From an uncultured Actinomycetota bacterium (GTDB lineage Bacteria; Actinomycetota; Acidimicrobiia; Acidimicrobiales; Bog-793): a stretch of 64,000 nt of DNA. Location of the stretch: contig CAVWEW010000011.1 in the NCBI GenBank assembly GCA_963754255.1, forward strand, positions 34,638 through 98,637, given 5' to 3'. The position numbers and the translations under genes are program-made. The notes beneath the pieces were generated by a model. The model worked only from the letters and a program-made list of their open reading frames with translations. It searched no databases and was not told the origin of the DNA. Numbering within the stretch: the first letter of the stretch is position 1; the number at the start of each line of letters is the position of its first letter. Positions 48,436-57,475 of the stretch are shown here, piece after piece.

Positions 48436-50427
48436 TCAGGACTTCGTGAAGTACCAGAGCTGCGGAGTGATGTTGCCTGCCACCGGGTTCTGAGGCAGCG
48501 TGCCATGGAGGTTGACCTTGATGACTGAAGTCTGGTTGTAGATCATCGGAATCCACAAGTTCGGATTTATCTGCTCCAGGTAGCGCTCGTACGAATAGAG
48601 TGCGCTAGTCGCCTGAGAGCCCGGCACTGTGCGCACCTTCTGGATCAGCTTGTCCACCGTGGAGGAGTATGGGGCGGTGCCTTCGTAGAGCGCGGCCCCT
48701 GTGCCGAAGGCCGCTCCACCATCCGGATAGGGACCGGGCGCAAAGTAGTAGCCGACCTCGTAGTCGATGAGCCCCCACTTGCACGCGCTACCCGGCTTGC
48801 ATGGCGCCAGCGTGGCACCGATCCCATTATTCGTGAGCCCTACGAGCGTCCACTTGATCCCGGCCGAAGTCATGGAGGACTCAATCGCCTGCATCATGTC
48901 GTCGATCTCCGGGAACCCGGTGGGTTCGATAGCCGTGAGCGCGAGCGGCATGCCCCTCGAGATCCCGGCGCCACACTTGGCCGGGTCGGCACACCTGGTG
49001 GTTCCGTTGGGAACTACGTTCCAACCGTGGCTCTTTAGGAGACTGATCGCCTTACTTGGGTCATAGGGATATGTTGCCTGCTTCTCTGATGGACCCGCGA
49101 AACTAGTCAGTGGTTTGTTTGGCACCGGACCGTACGTTGGATAGGCATAGCCATGGTAGATACTTTTTACGAGCAGGGGCTGGTTTATCAGTGACTGCAT
49201 GGCGACGCGGACGTACTGCTGCTTCATGAATGGAGCAGAAGAAGGATTAGTGTAATTGACATACAAGTAGTTGATACCCCAAATCGGCCACGGGGCGGCC
49301 TGGTAGCCCTTCTGCTCAAGTCTCGGAAGCTCTGGCGTGTTGGTAGCAGCCACGTATCCGTAGTCGACACTTCCGGTGAGCACGGCGTCGTTCTCTGCGG
49401 CCGAACTCGTGAATGGCAGCTCCACGAGTTTAGCGATGTGGGGCTTGGGGCCGAAGTACCTGGGATTCGGCACAAAGGTGAAGCGGCCAGTGGGCGTATT
49501 CGCGGTCAGGCGGAAGGCGCCGTCGACGACCTTCCACAGAGCGTTGGTCGAATAGGTCGCTGTGTTCTTCGACTGCGAGTTCAGGAAGTTGTAGACAGAG
49601 TGAGCCCCGACTGTCGTCCGGTCAAAATTGCCGACAGACCCCGACATCGAGGTGCGATCCCAACTGTGTTGCGGGATCGGGGTGATCTCGCTCAACGCCG
49701 TGTAAGTAAACCACTGGGGGTTGAAAGAAGCTGTGAGATGCAGAACGATCGTGTGCGAATTGGGATAGGCTGCGCTTGAGACATCGTCCGGGAATGTGCC
49801 GGGAACATAGGGTCCGTAGTTCGCCTTGTTCGCCTTCAGCAGGTTGATCCAGAACTCGACGTCGCGAGATGTGATCGGCGCCCCATCCGACCACGTCATC
49901 CCTGACCTGAGGTGGATCGTGACGGTTCGGTCGTTGTCGGTGTAGGCGGGTGCGCTGGCAAGGCTCAGCGCCGGGTTGATGTCTAGAGAGTTCCCCTTGC
50001 CGAACCAGTAGAGCGGCGGATACAGGAGGTTCTCAAGCAGAGCCGTGTTGTTATTCGAGTAGTACGCCAAGGAATACAGCGGGAAGATGTACACGGGTGC
50101 CGCGCCCGGTTCCTCGGCGAAGGTCACCGTCCCACCTGAGACTGGGGTCCCGCCGGTAGCGGACGTCGGTCGGGTGCTGCTGCAGGCGGCCAAGAGCAGG
50201 CTCAGCGCGCCCACCAGCGCCGCGACGGTGGCCCCGAGTACGGCGCGACCTTCGCGTTGCTCGCGCGATCGCAAGAGCGGAACGAGATGCGTGACTGTGC
50301 CCGGTAGGACCCATCTACTCTGTCCCCTCCTGCCTGATGGCTGCAGGAGCAGGCGCTGGCTCACTGGACTCCACGAGAAGCCGTCCGAGCGCCGGCTGCA
50401 CGCTTGTCCGACCGCTGGCCATAGCAC
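48436..50427 (-). CDS. Family-5 ABC substrate-binding lipoprotein (second copy)
   Basis: It has a lipobox (SLLLAACSST) and an SBP_bac_5-like body. The track start (50427) adds about 50 implausible residues. A TTG at 50274 would give MRSREQREGRAVLGATVAALVGALSLLLAAC. GC content is noticeably lower than its surroundings. Confidence 0.8.
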   Translation of the reverse strand: MLWPAVGQACSRRSDGFSWSPVSQRLLLQPSGRRGQSRWVLPGTVTHLVPLLRSREQREGRAVLGATVAALVGALSLLLAACSSTRPTSATGGTPVSGGTVTFAEEPGAAPVYIFPLYSLAYYSNNNTALLENLLYPPLYWFGKGNSLDINPALSLASAPAYTDNDRTVTIHLRSGMTWSDGAPITSRDVEFWINLLKANKANYGPYVPGTFPDDVSSAAYPNSHTIVLHLTASFNPQWFTYTALSEITPIPQHSWDRTSMSGSVGNFDRTTVGAHSVYNFLNSQSKNTATYSTNALWKVVDGAFRLTANTPTGRFTFVPNPRYFGPKPHIAKLVELPFTSSAAENDAVLTGSVDYGYVAATNTPELPRLEQKGYQAAPWPIWGINYLYVNYTNPSSAPFMKQQYVRVAMQSLINQPLLVKSIYHGYAYPTYGPVPNKPLTSFAGPSEKQATYPYDPSKAISLLKSHGWNVVPNGTTRCADPAKCGAGISRGMPLALTAIEPTGFPEIDDMMQAIESSMTSAGIKWTLVGLTNNGIGATLAPCKPGSACKWGLIDYEVGYYFAPGPYPDGGAAFGTGAALYEGTAPYSSTVDKLIQKVRTVPGSQATSALYSYERYLEQINPNLWIPMIYNQTSVIKVNLHGTLPQNPVAGNITPQLWYFTKS

Positions 50428-50880
50428 CCCTCCGCATCCCGGAAAGCGGCGGCTTCGGTAGCCCGCTGCGCTTTCCTATTGGTCGGGAGGAGCATAGCTC
50501 TGCCCTGTCCAAATTTTCAAGGAGACTCAAGGCTTTCTCTCTTGCCAGAAGGCGCGCCCGGCGTTCACCGAGACCCTGCCGCGTTCGGCCGGGAACGCTG
50601 GCGGACCGCCTGATCCTGTTCCCGCATTTCGGCTTGAAGACAGGGTGCCAGCAGCCAAGCGGGAGAACCGCCTCACCGTCAGCCGGAGGCGGTATCGGCC
50701 CGCATGAGCAGGACGCCGCGAACCGTCAACTACCGGCTCGTCTGGGTGTATCGGCCTGGGATCCCCCCACCAGCCACCATGGTTACCTCAAGGCACCTGG
50801 ACGACGCGTGATGCCCCGCCAGACCCAGGGGCCCGGAGCCTCAGGCTGGGACCGGCAGGTGTCGGGATAGAGTTCCGCAC

Positions 50881-50966
50881 GGAGGGATGCGAGAGTGGCC
50901 GAATCGGGCGGTCTCGAAAACCGTTGTGTCTTATGGGCACCGTGGGTTCGAATCCCACTCCCTCCC
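50881..50966 (+). tRNA. tRNA-Ser (anticodon CGA)
   Basis: Folded by hand. The acceptor stem GGAGGGA/TCCCTCC pairs. The anticodon stem GCGGT/ACCGT carries loop CTCGAAA (anticodon CGA). There is a long variable arm (TGTGTCTTATGGGCAC). The T-arm is GTGGG-TTCGAAT-CCCAC. No CCA is encoded. Confidence 0.85.
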
Positions 50967-51099
50967 GCCCAGCCGGGCGGCCGCCGGGACTCGGAGGACA
51001 GAAATGACCGCTCTCGGCGACAGCGCTCTCGGCGAGGTTGCCGTTCATCTGTAGCGCCTCCGCATGTCTCGGGGGCCGCGTCCGATTCGGACTGGGGCG

Positions 51100-51828
51100 C
51101 CAGCATGTTGCCTGCCAGGGGCACGAGATCGTGGTTGTGGCCGACGACGAGGAGTTCGAGGCGGCCGACCACGTCTCTCTCACCCTGCCCTCGAGCCAAG
51201 ATGAGCTCATAGATGCGGTGGCGGCGGCCAATCCGGACACGGTGGTGGTCGTGGACGCCGGCGGCCCTGTGGCGATGCCGTGGCTGCCCAGGGTCCGCGC
51301 GGTCCTCGACGACTGGTACCCGGGCCAGTCCGATGGCCAACGGCAGGGTCCATTACTCCGAAGGTGTCGACATCGGCTACCGCTGGTACGACGCCACCGG
51401 GCACCGCCCGCTCTTCGGCTTCGGGCTGACCTACACCACCTTCAGCTACACCGATACGACCGCGCACGTGGCGCTGGTGCACGGCCAACCGGTGGTGAAT
51501 GCCTCGGTGGAGGTGAGCAACACGGGGAGAGCCGTGCCGGCGCCGACGTCGCCCGCTCTATCTGGGAGAACCGCCGGTCGCAAACGAGCCGCCGCGTCAG
51601 ATCGAGGCGTTCAAGCGCGTGACGCTCGGACCTGGCGCCTCGATGACGGTCGACTTCACCCTGCGCGGCCTCGCGCTCGCCTACTACGACTCGCCGAAGA
51701 GCTCGTGGCGGATCGCTCCCGGCACTTACCACGTCTTCATCGGGGACTCGTCAGCCCTCGCACAGCTCCCGGCCCGGGTCAACTTCTCCCTTCCGGCGAG
51801 CAGCTCCGTCGGACCGACCGTTTCCTGA
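51100..51828 (+). pseudogene. Glycoside hydrolase family 3 (beta-glucosidase-like) C-terminal remnant with several frame changes and an internal deletion
   Basis: Three frames each carry consecutive GH3 C-terminal segments: ..SLTLPSSQDELIDAVAAANPDTVVVVDAGGPVAMPWLPRVRAVLDDWYPGQ, then ..VHYSEGVDIGYRWYDATGHRPLFGFGLTYTTFSY...VEVSNTG, then ..IEAFKRVTLGPGASMTVDFTL...WRIAPGTYHVFIGDSS. The N-terminal catalytic domain is absent. Confidence 0.7.
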
Positions 51829-51959
51829 GGCCTCGCCCGGCGCCGGGCACTACCACCGCCCGGTGGCCCTGGCGCGGAGAAGTCCCGGCTCCGATCCCCC
51901 CGTCGGGAGCGGAACCGGGACTTTCCAACGCGGCTATTGGCCGCGAACCGGGTTGCTGG

Positions 51960-53620
51960 TCAAGCTGGCGGACCGGCGGCCAGCGTGACCGTCACGGTGT
52001 GAAGCTGCCCAGAGGAGTCGTCGAAGCCGACGGTGACTCGGTCACCGGCATGGTGGCTGTTCATCAGGCTCGAGAGCCCACTCGGCGAACCGACTGCTTG
52101 GCCGTCGAGAGAGACGATCACGTCACCAGCGACCAGCCCGGCCGACGCAGCGGGGGACCCGGGGATGGCCGCCGCGATGACAGCGCCGGAGACAGAGCCG
52201 CCCGCACCTGCCCCGCTTGCCTGGACCTCGACGCCGAGCATCGCCGCGGTGCCGATGTGGACCGTAGACGAGCCCTGCCCGCTCTCGATCTGGGAGGCGA
52301 TGTTGAGCGCCGTCGAGATCGGGATGGCGAAGGCCTGGCTCTGGTTGCTAGACGTGGACTGGAACTGGCTACCGGACGATGCAGCCGTGTCGATAGCCAG
52401 CACTTGACCCGACTTGTTCACGAGCGGTCCGCCGGAGTCGCCCGCCTGAATCGGGGCGTCGGTCTCGATCAGGCCGCTCAGGTGCTCAGAGTTTGCGCCG
52501 GAATCGTCCGTGGCCGTGATGGACTGGTGGAGGGCGACGACCGCTCCGGCCGCCGTGCTCGGGGTGCCGCCGGCGCCGCCGGCGTTGCCGATGGCGAGGA
52601 CCGCCAGCCCGGTGTGGACGCTCGAACTGGAGCCGATTCGGGCGGTGGTGAGGCCGGAGGCGTTCTGCAGTTGGAGAACGGCGATGTCCTGAGTGGCGTC
52701 CGTACCGACAACCCTGGCGGAGTAGGTGCGGCCGTTGCCGACGTCGGTGACCCTGATGCTCGTCGCCCCGTCGACGACGTGGTTGTTCGTCAGGACCTCA
52801 CCGTTCGATGTCAGCACAATGCCGGTGCCGGCAGCGCTTGCCTCCTCATATCCGAGGACGACGTTCACGTCCACGAGGGCTGGATCGACCTTGGCGGCGA
52901 CCGCCGAGGCGTTGATCGAGCCACCTCCGGCTCCGACCCCCGTCGATGCTCCTGAGCCGGTCGAGCCGGTCGAGCCGGTCGAACCGCCGACGCCACCAAA
53001 GGTGCCACCGAGGCCGCCAAAGCCGAACGAGCCACCAGGACCTGACGACCCGGGCGAGAGCGACGATCCCCCGGACGACGCGCCCCCTCGAGACGCTGCG
53101 CTCGTGTTGGAGCTACCTGCCGACAGGCGCCCGACCGCCGCACCGCCCCCGGCGAAGCCTGCCAGCAGGGCGACGAGCAGCAGGCCGTTACGGAACCGGC
53201 GTCGTTTCTTGGCCGGAGATGCCGGCGCCTGGGTGTGACCCGGATAGAAGGCCTGAGGCGCTGTGGCATAGGCGCCCCAGGGCTCTCCGGCACCAGGGCC
53301 GGGCTGGCCGTACGGCGACGAGACCGGCGGCTGCCAGTAGGGATTCGAGTCATGGCCGGCGGCTGCCAATAGCCCCCGGCAGGCGAAGCGGGCCAGTGGG
53401 GACCGCCGGAGGGAGGGCCCGTAGGGGCAGCGGGCTCATACGGCCGCTCGGAAGGCGGTCCGCTTGCAGAAGCGGGCTCGTGGGGACCGCCGGACGGCGG
53501 GTCACTCTGGTTCGCCGATGACTCAGGCGCCGGTGAAGCGCCGGCCCCGTAAGGAACCCAGTTCGGCCGGGGTGCCTGATCATCTCGCTCGTTGGGGAGA
53601 GGGTTCTCTGGGAAGTTCAT
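51960..53620 (-). pseudogene. HtrA/DegP-like trypsin-fold serine protease with PDZ domain and a Pro-rich cytoplasmic N-terminus; frame broken near 53335-53365
   Basis: ORF 51960..53369 has a TM helix (LLLVALLAGFAGG), a Gly/Ser linker, TNNHVV, DIAVLQL, GDSGGPLV and a PDZ-like tail. MNFPENPLPNERDDQAPRPNWVPYG...GGYWQPPA (from ATG 53620) lies in another frame and joins ..GHDSNPYWQPPVSSPYGQP. Confidence 0.8.
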
Positions 53621-53765
53621 CGTTGCGTCCTTCGTTCGATTCGCACTCGACGATCGAGCTACACAAGAGGTAACAGGACACGGCTGAGAATCTCTTGAGA
53701 GCCTGCTTCGCACTTCGCGAGAGAAACCGGACGGCTCGGACCGGCCCACCGGACAGGATGGAGCG

Positions 53766-55034
53766 GTGAGCGAGCGGGCGGACCCACCGAGGGAGGGCGC
53801 GCTGCCGGAGCCGCGGGGGGACGGCCGGGGCTTGGCGCGATCACGCGCAGGCGAGCAGCGGGCTCGCTATCGCGCCGTCATTCGCGCCCCTGGCGTGAGC
53901 TGGCTGCTCGGAACATCGCTCGTCGCCCGCCTTCCGGTGGCGATGGTCAATCTCGCCATCATCCTCCGCGTCGCCCACGCCAGCGGCTCGTATGCCCGAG
54001 CGGGAACCGTTACGGCCGCCTATGTGATCGGCACCGGCCTCATCGGGCCTCTTCTCGGGCGCCTTGCCGATCGCGTGGGCCGCCGGCCGGTGCTCCTCGG
54101 CGCCGCCGCCGTCAACACGTCCGGGCTGGTGGCGATGGCCCTCGTTCCCGTCCGCCAGTTCGGGCTGCTCCTCGGCATTGCTGCCATCACCGGCGGCAGC
54201 GTGCCGCCGGTGGCCCCGGCTGTGCGCTCGCTCTGGCGGGCGCTCGTGCCCGAGGACGTCCAAGCCAGCTTGTATGCGATGGATGCCACCTTGCAGGAAG
54301 TGACTTTCATGGTCGGGCCGACGCTCGTGGCACTGATCGCCTCCTTCGCCAGCGCCTCGGCGGCCCTCGTCTGCTGCGGTGCCATCGGCCTGGTCGGTAC
54401 GGTCGCGGTGGCCGGCCACCCGGCGACCGCCCACCGGAGACGCGACCGCTCGCTCACATCGGCGCGCACACCGATCGGCTCGTCGGCACTGGTGACGATC
54501 GTGTTGATCACCCTCATGTTCCTGGCCACGATCGTCATCGTCGAGATTTCGGTCGTGGCCTTTGCGGGCCGGCATCACGCCGCCGATCAGGCGGGTCTGC
54601 TCCTGGCGGTGTGGAGCGGGGGGTCGATGGCCGGCGGCATTCTCTTCGGCGCCCGGATGGCCGACGGAGGCGCCCGGCTGTTGGCGCCGTTGATGTTGGC
54701 AGGAGCGGGGGGTTTCTTGTTGGTGGCGGCGGCACCGGGGGTGGGCGTGCTGTACGGGCTCATGTTCGTCGCCGGCGTGGCGATCGCCCCCGGCTTCAGC
54801 TGCATCTACGGCATCGTGGGAGCCGTCAGCCCGGCCACATCCTCGATCGAAAGCTTCAGCTGGGTGGCGAGCGGGATACAGGTTGGCGCAGCCATCGGAG
54901 CCGCCGTCGGAGGCTTCCTCGTTCAGCTCGTCGGCCCCCGGCTGGCCTTTGTCTGCGCCGGGGGATGCGGGCTCGCCACCGCCGTCTTTGCGGCGTGGCG
55001 TACCCGCCGCCTGACCGCCGCCGTGGATCACTGA
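53766..55034 (+). CDS. MFS transporter
   Basis: About 12 predicted hydrophobic helices and the MFS loop motif GRLADRVGRRPVLL between TM2 and TM3. Confidence 0.8.
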   Translation: MSERADPPREGALPEPRGDGRGLARSRAGEQRARYRAVIRAPGVSWLLGTSLVARLPVAMVNLAIILRVAHASGSYARAGTVTAAYVIGTGLIGPLLGRLADRVGRRPVLLGAAAVNTSGLVAMALVPVRQFGLLLGIAAITGGSVPPVAPAVRSLWRALVPEDVQASLYAMDATLQEVTFMVGPTLVALIASFASASAALVCCGAIGLVGTVAVAGHPATAHRRRDRSLTSARTPIGSSALVTIVLITLMFLATIVIVEISVVAFAGRHHAADQAGLLLAVWSGGSMAGGILFGARMADGGARLLAPLMLAGAGGFLLVAAAPGVGVLYGLMFVAGVAIAPGFSCIYGIVGAVSPATSSIESFSWVASGIQVGAAIGAAVGGFLVQLVGPRLAFVCAGGCGLATAVFAAWRTRRLTAAVDH

Positions 55035-55215
55035 ACCCGGGGGAACCGCAATTGCCACCGGAGTAGACGCCGGCGGTGCATGGCCTGCACCAGCCATCGA
55101 TGCTGCGCGGAGCAGGTGAAGGGCTTATCGCCGCGGCATTAGCCTGGAGCACCAGATCGAGGCTCCGGAGGTTCCGGGTGGACCGCATGCAGCTGCTCAG
55201 CCACTGAGGCCGGTC

Positions 55216-56355
55216 ATGGTGGCCGTCCTCACCCCGTCGGACCGGGCAGCCTTCAAGGCTTGCCGCCGCGCCTGGGATCTGGGTGCACAGGGACGGCGCA
55301 ACCTCGAGCCGGCGGCGGTCGATCCGCCCCTCGACGCAGATCGCCTGGTGCGCGATGCACTGGCCGTCTACTACTTCCCCGGCATGTGGGACTGGTCGCG
55401 GGCCATCGTCCTTCCCCTGGTGGCTCAGGCGCTCAGCAAGGCCGTCGCCCGGGAGCGTGACCAGCTCGGGTCTCTGCTCCCGCCGGACTTCGAGGAGCGG
55501 GCCGGCGGCATGGCGCGCCTGCTCGATGCCTACCTCGAGTGGGCGCCGAGCGTGGAGCGCCTTGCCCCGGTGCTGGTCGAGGCTGACTACGAGGTCGACC
55601 TGCCAGACCCGAGCCAACCCGACACAGGGCTGCGGACAGCCTCGGGCGACCACGTGGGCTACCGGGGCAGAGTGGATCTGCTGGCGGTCGACGAGCACGA
55701 CGCCTACTGGGTGCTCCGGCACCGAGTCGTGGAGGACTGGACCGAGTTCGAGGCGCTCCTTCGCGACGAGGAGGCAGTGGCGGCCTGCTGGGCGTGGGAG
55801 CACTTCTACATCGGCATGAACATCGCCGGCACGATCCACAACGAGCTCCGCCTGCCCGCCGGCGCCGAGCCGGACCGTCGAGCGCGGCCGGTGCCACCGC
55901 CGGCCTCGGACCATGAGCGCGGAGGGCTGCCCCAGCATGAGGGGAGCGGCGGCGGACGCTCGATTCCCCAGCACCGCCGGCTCTACGCGCAGGCGAGCGA
56001 ACCGGGAGAGCTCGAGCGGACCGTGCGAGACGACGGACCGTGGTTCCGCCGCACCTGGATCCGGCGCGGCCGGGCCGAGATCGAGCAGGCCGGCCGCCAG
56101 CTCGCCGGTGAGGCGCTCGAGATCCTCGGCGGCACGGTGGCCGTGTTCCCGTCGCCATCGGAGGCGACCTGCGGCCCGTGCGCCTTCCGTGCGCCTTGCC
56201 TGGCCATGTACGAAGGTGGCGACGCCGAGGCCATCCTGGCCGCGGATTACCGGGGCCGGCCGCCGGCCGAGCTCGTCGAGGGGCGGCTCGGGGGCGTGAG
56301 CTGGAGCACGGGGCGCGGCGCCGCCCCGCCGCGTTTCTCGCACGGTGTGACGTAG
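55216..56355 (+). CDS. Cas4/AddB-like PD-(D/E)XK-superfamily protein candidate with a 4-Cys (Fe-S type) signature
   Basis: An N-terminal Cys in LTPSDRAAFKACRRAW plus C-terminal CGPCAFRAPC (CX2CX5C) match the Cas4/AddB cluster layout. There is a GRVDLLAVDE segment. A canonical (D/E)xK is not obvious (VLRHR), so activity and family assignment are tentative. Confidence 0.45.
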   Translation: MVAVLTPSDRAAFKACRRAWDLGAQGRRNLEPAAVDPPLDADRLVRDALAVYYFPGMWDWSRAIVLPLVAQALSKAVARERDQLGSLLPPDFEERAGGMARLLDAYLEWAPSVERLAPVLVEADYEVDLPDPSQPDTGLRTASGDHVGYRGRVDLLAVDEHDAYWVLRHRVVEDWTEFEALLRDEEAVAACWAWEHFYIGMNIAGTIHNELRLPAGAEPDRRARPVPPPASDHERGGLPQHEGSGGGRSIPQHRRLYAQASEPGELERTVRDDGPWFRRTWIRRGRAEIEQAGRQLAGEALEILGGTVAVFPSPSEATCGPCAFRAPCLAMYEGGDAEAILAADYRGRPPAELVEGRLGGVSWSTGRGAAPPRFSHGVT

Positions 56356-56449
56356 GTGGGACTCGTCAGTCCGATCGAGCCGGACCTGCCTCTGCGACAC
56401 GTCTTTCCTACCGTATCGAGCAGTTCTCCGCCTCCCGAAAGGAGTCAGC

Positions 56450-57214
56450 ATGTCCCAGCCCGGTAGAGAACGGGATCTCCCCGCCGCCGAGTCGGAGGCT
56501 GGGCGGCTTCGCCACGGTGACATCGGCTACGTCTCGTTGTGGGTAGCTGAGGTCGAGAGAGCGGCGGTTTTCTTCTCGGCCGTGCTCGGGTGGCGGTATC
56601 GACCCGGGAGCGGGTCGGAGGAGCGTCAGGTCGAGGGGACGAGCCTGCCGCACGGCATGCGGGGCGGCCAGCCGCGGAGCACGCTCATGCTCTGCTACGC
56701 AGTCGAAGACCTGGAGACGGCCACCGATAGAGTGCGAGCCGCCGGCGGGACGGCCGAACAGTCACATGAGGAGCCTTTCGGCCGGATCTCGGACTGCGTG
56801 GACAGCCAAGGGGTGCGCTTTGCCCTCTTCCAGCCCCCGGACGGCGTCGCCGAAGGAGACCGGCAGGGCGAGGCGGGACGGAGTGAGGCCGGCGGCATCG
56901 CTTACGTGACGATGGAGGTGGTCGACTCCGCCGAAGCTCGCTCCTTCTACGGCTCTGTCCTCGGCTGGCGCTTTGCTCCGGGCCGTGTGCAGGACGGGTG
57001 GCAGGTGGAGGATGTCGTCCCCATGGTGGGAATGGCCGGCGGGCGCGAGATGGCCACGACGATCCCCATGTACCAGGTCGATGACATCGCCGCCGCCGTG
57101 GATCGCGTGCGGTCGGCCGGGGGCACCGCCTCCGATCCTGAGGTGCAGCCGTACGGGATCACCTCGGCGTGCACCGACGACCAGGGGACTCGGTTCTACC
57201 TCGGGCAGCTCTGA
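56450..57214 (+). CDS. VOC (glyoxalase/bleomycin-resistance/dioxygenase) family protein, two tandem modules
   Basis: A GGAG-type RBS (aaaggag) lies 7 nt upstream of the ATG. The half-domains repeat: IGYVSLWVAEVERAAVFFSAVLGWRY... and IAYVTMEVVDSAEARSFYGSVLGWRF.... Confidence 0.8.
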   Translation: MSQPGRERDLPAAESEAGRLRHGDIGYVSLWVAEVERAAVFFSAVLGWRYRPGSGSEERQVEGTSLPHGMRGGQPRSTLMLCYAVEDLETATDRVRAAGGTAEQSHEEPFGRISDCVDSQGVRFALFQPPDGVAEGDRQGEAGRSEAGGIAYVTMEVVDSAEARSFYGSVLGWRFAPGRVQDGWQVEDVVPMVGMAGGREMATTIPMYQVDDIAAAVDRVRSAGGTASDPEVQPYGITSACTDDQGTRFYLGQL

Positions 57215-57475
57215 GAGGGGCGGTTCTGCCGGGCGCGGGCACGACCCCGCCGGCGGCCGCCGGCGGCGGCGGCGCAACGGTGAGGCGCGGTTGGCGCCAA
57301 ATGCGTCGTGCACGCCTCGGGTGTGCCAAACGGTGGGCGCGCTTGTCGTCACGTGCCGGAGACAACCGCGGGCACCGTTCCGATGATGCCCCGGCACTCG
57401 GCGTCCCGAACCGAACTCGCCCGACGCTGTCCACCGAGATTCTCCGCTGGTGGCCGGTCCCGGCGTCGGGGGAAC

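Noticed and set aside
50640-50670. SRP (4.5S) RNA upstream of tRNA-Ser. The string AGCAGCCAAG matches part of the conserved helix-8 segment, and ffs is often near tRNA-Ser in actinobacteria.
   Set aside because: I could not find the adjacent GGAA/GNRA tetraloop, or the complementary strand needed to build helix 8, on either strand. The match is too short to count. A covariance-model scan would settle it.
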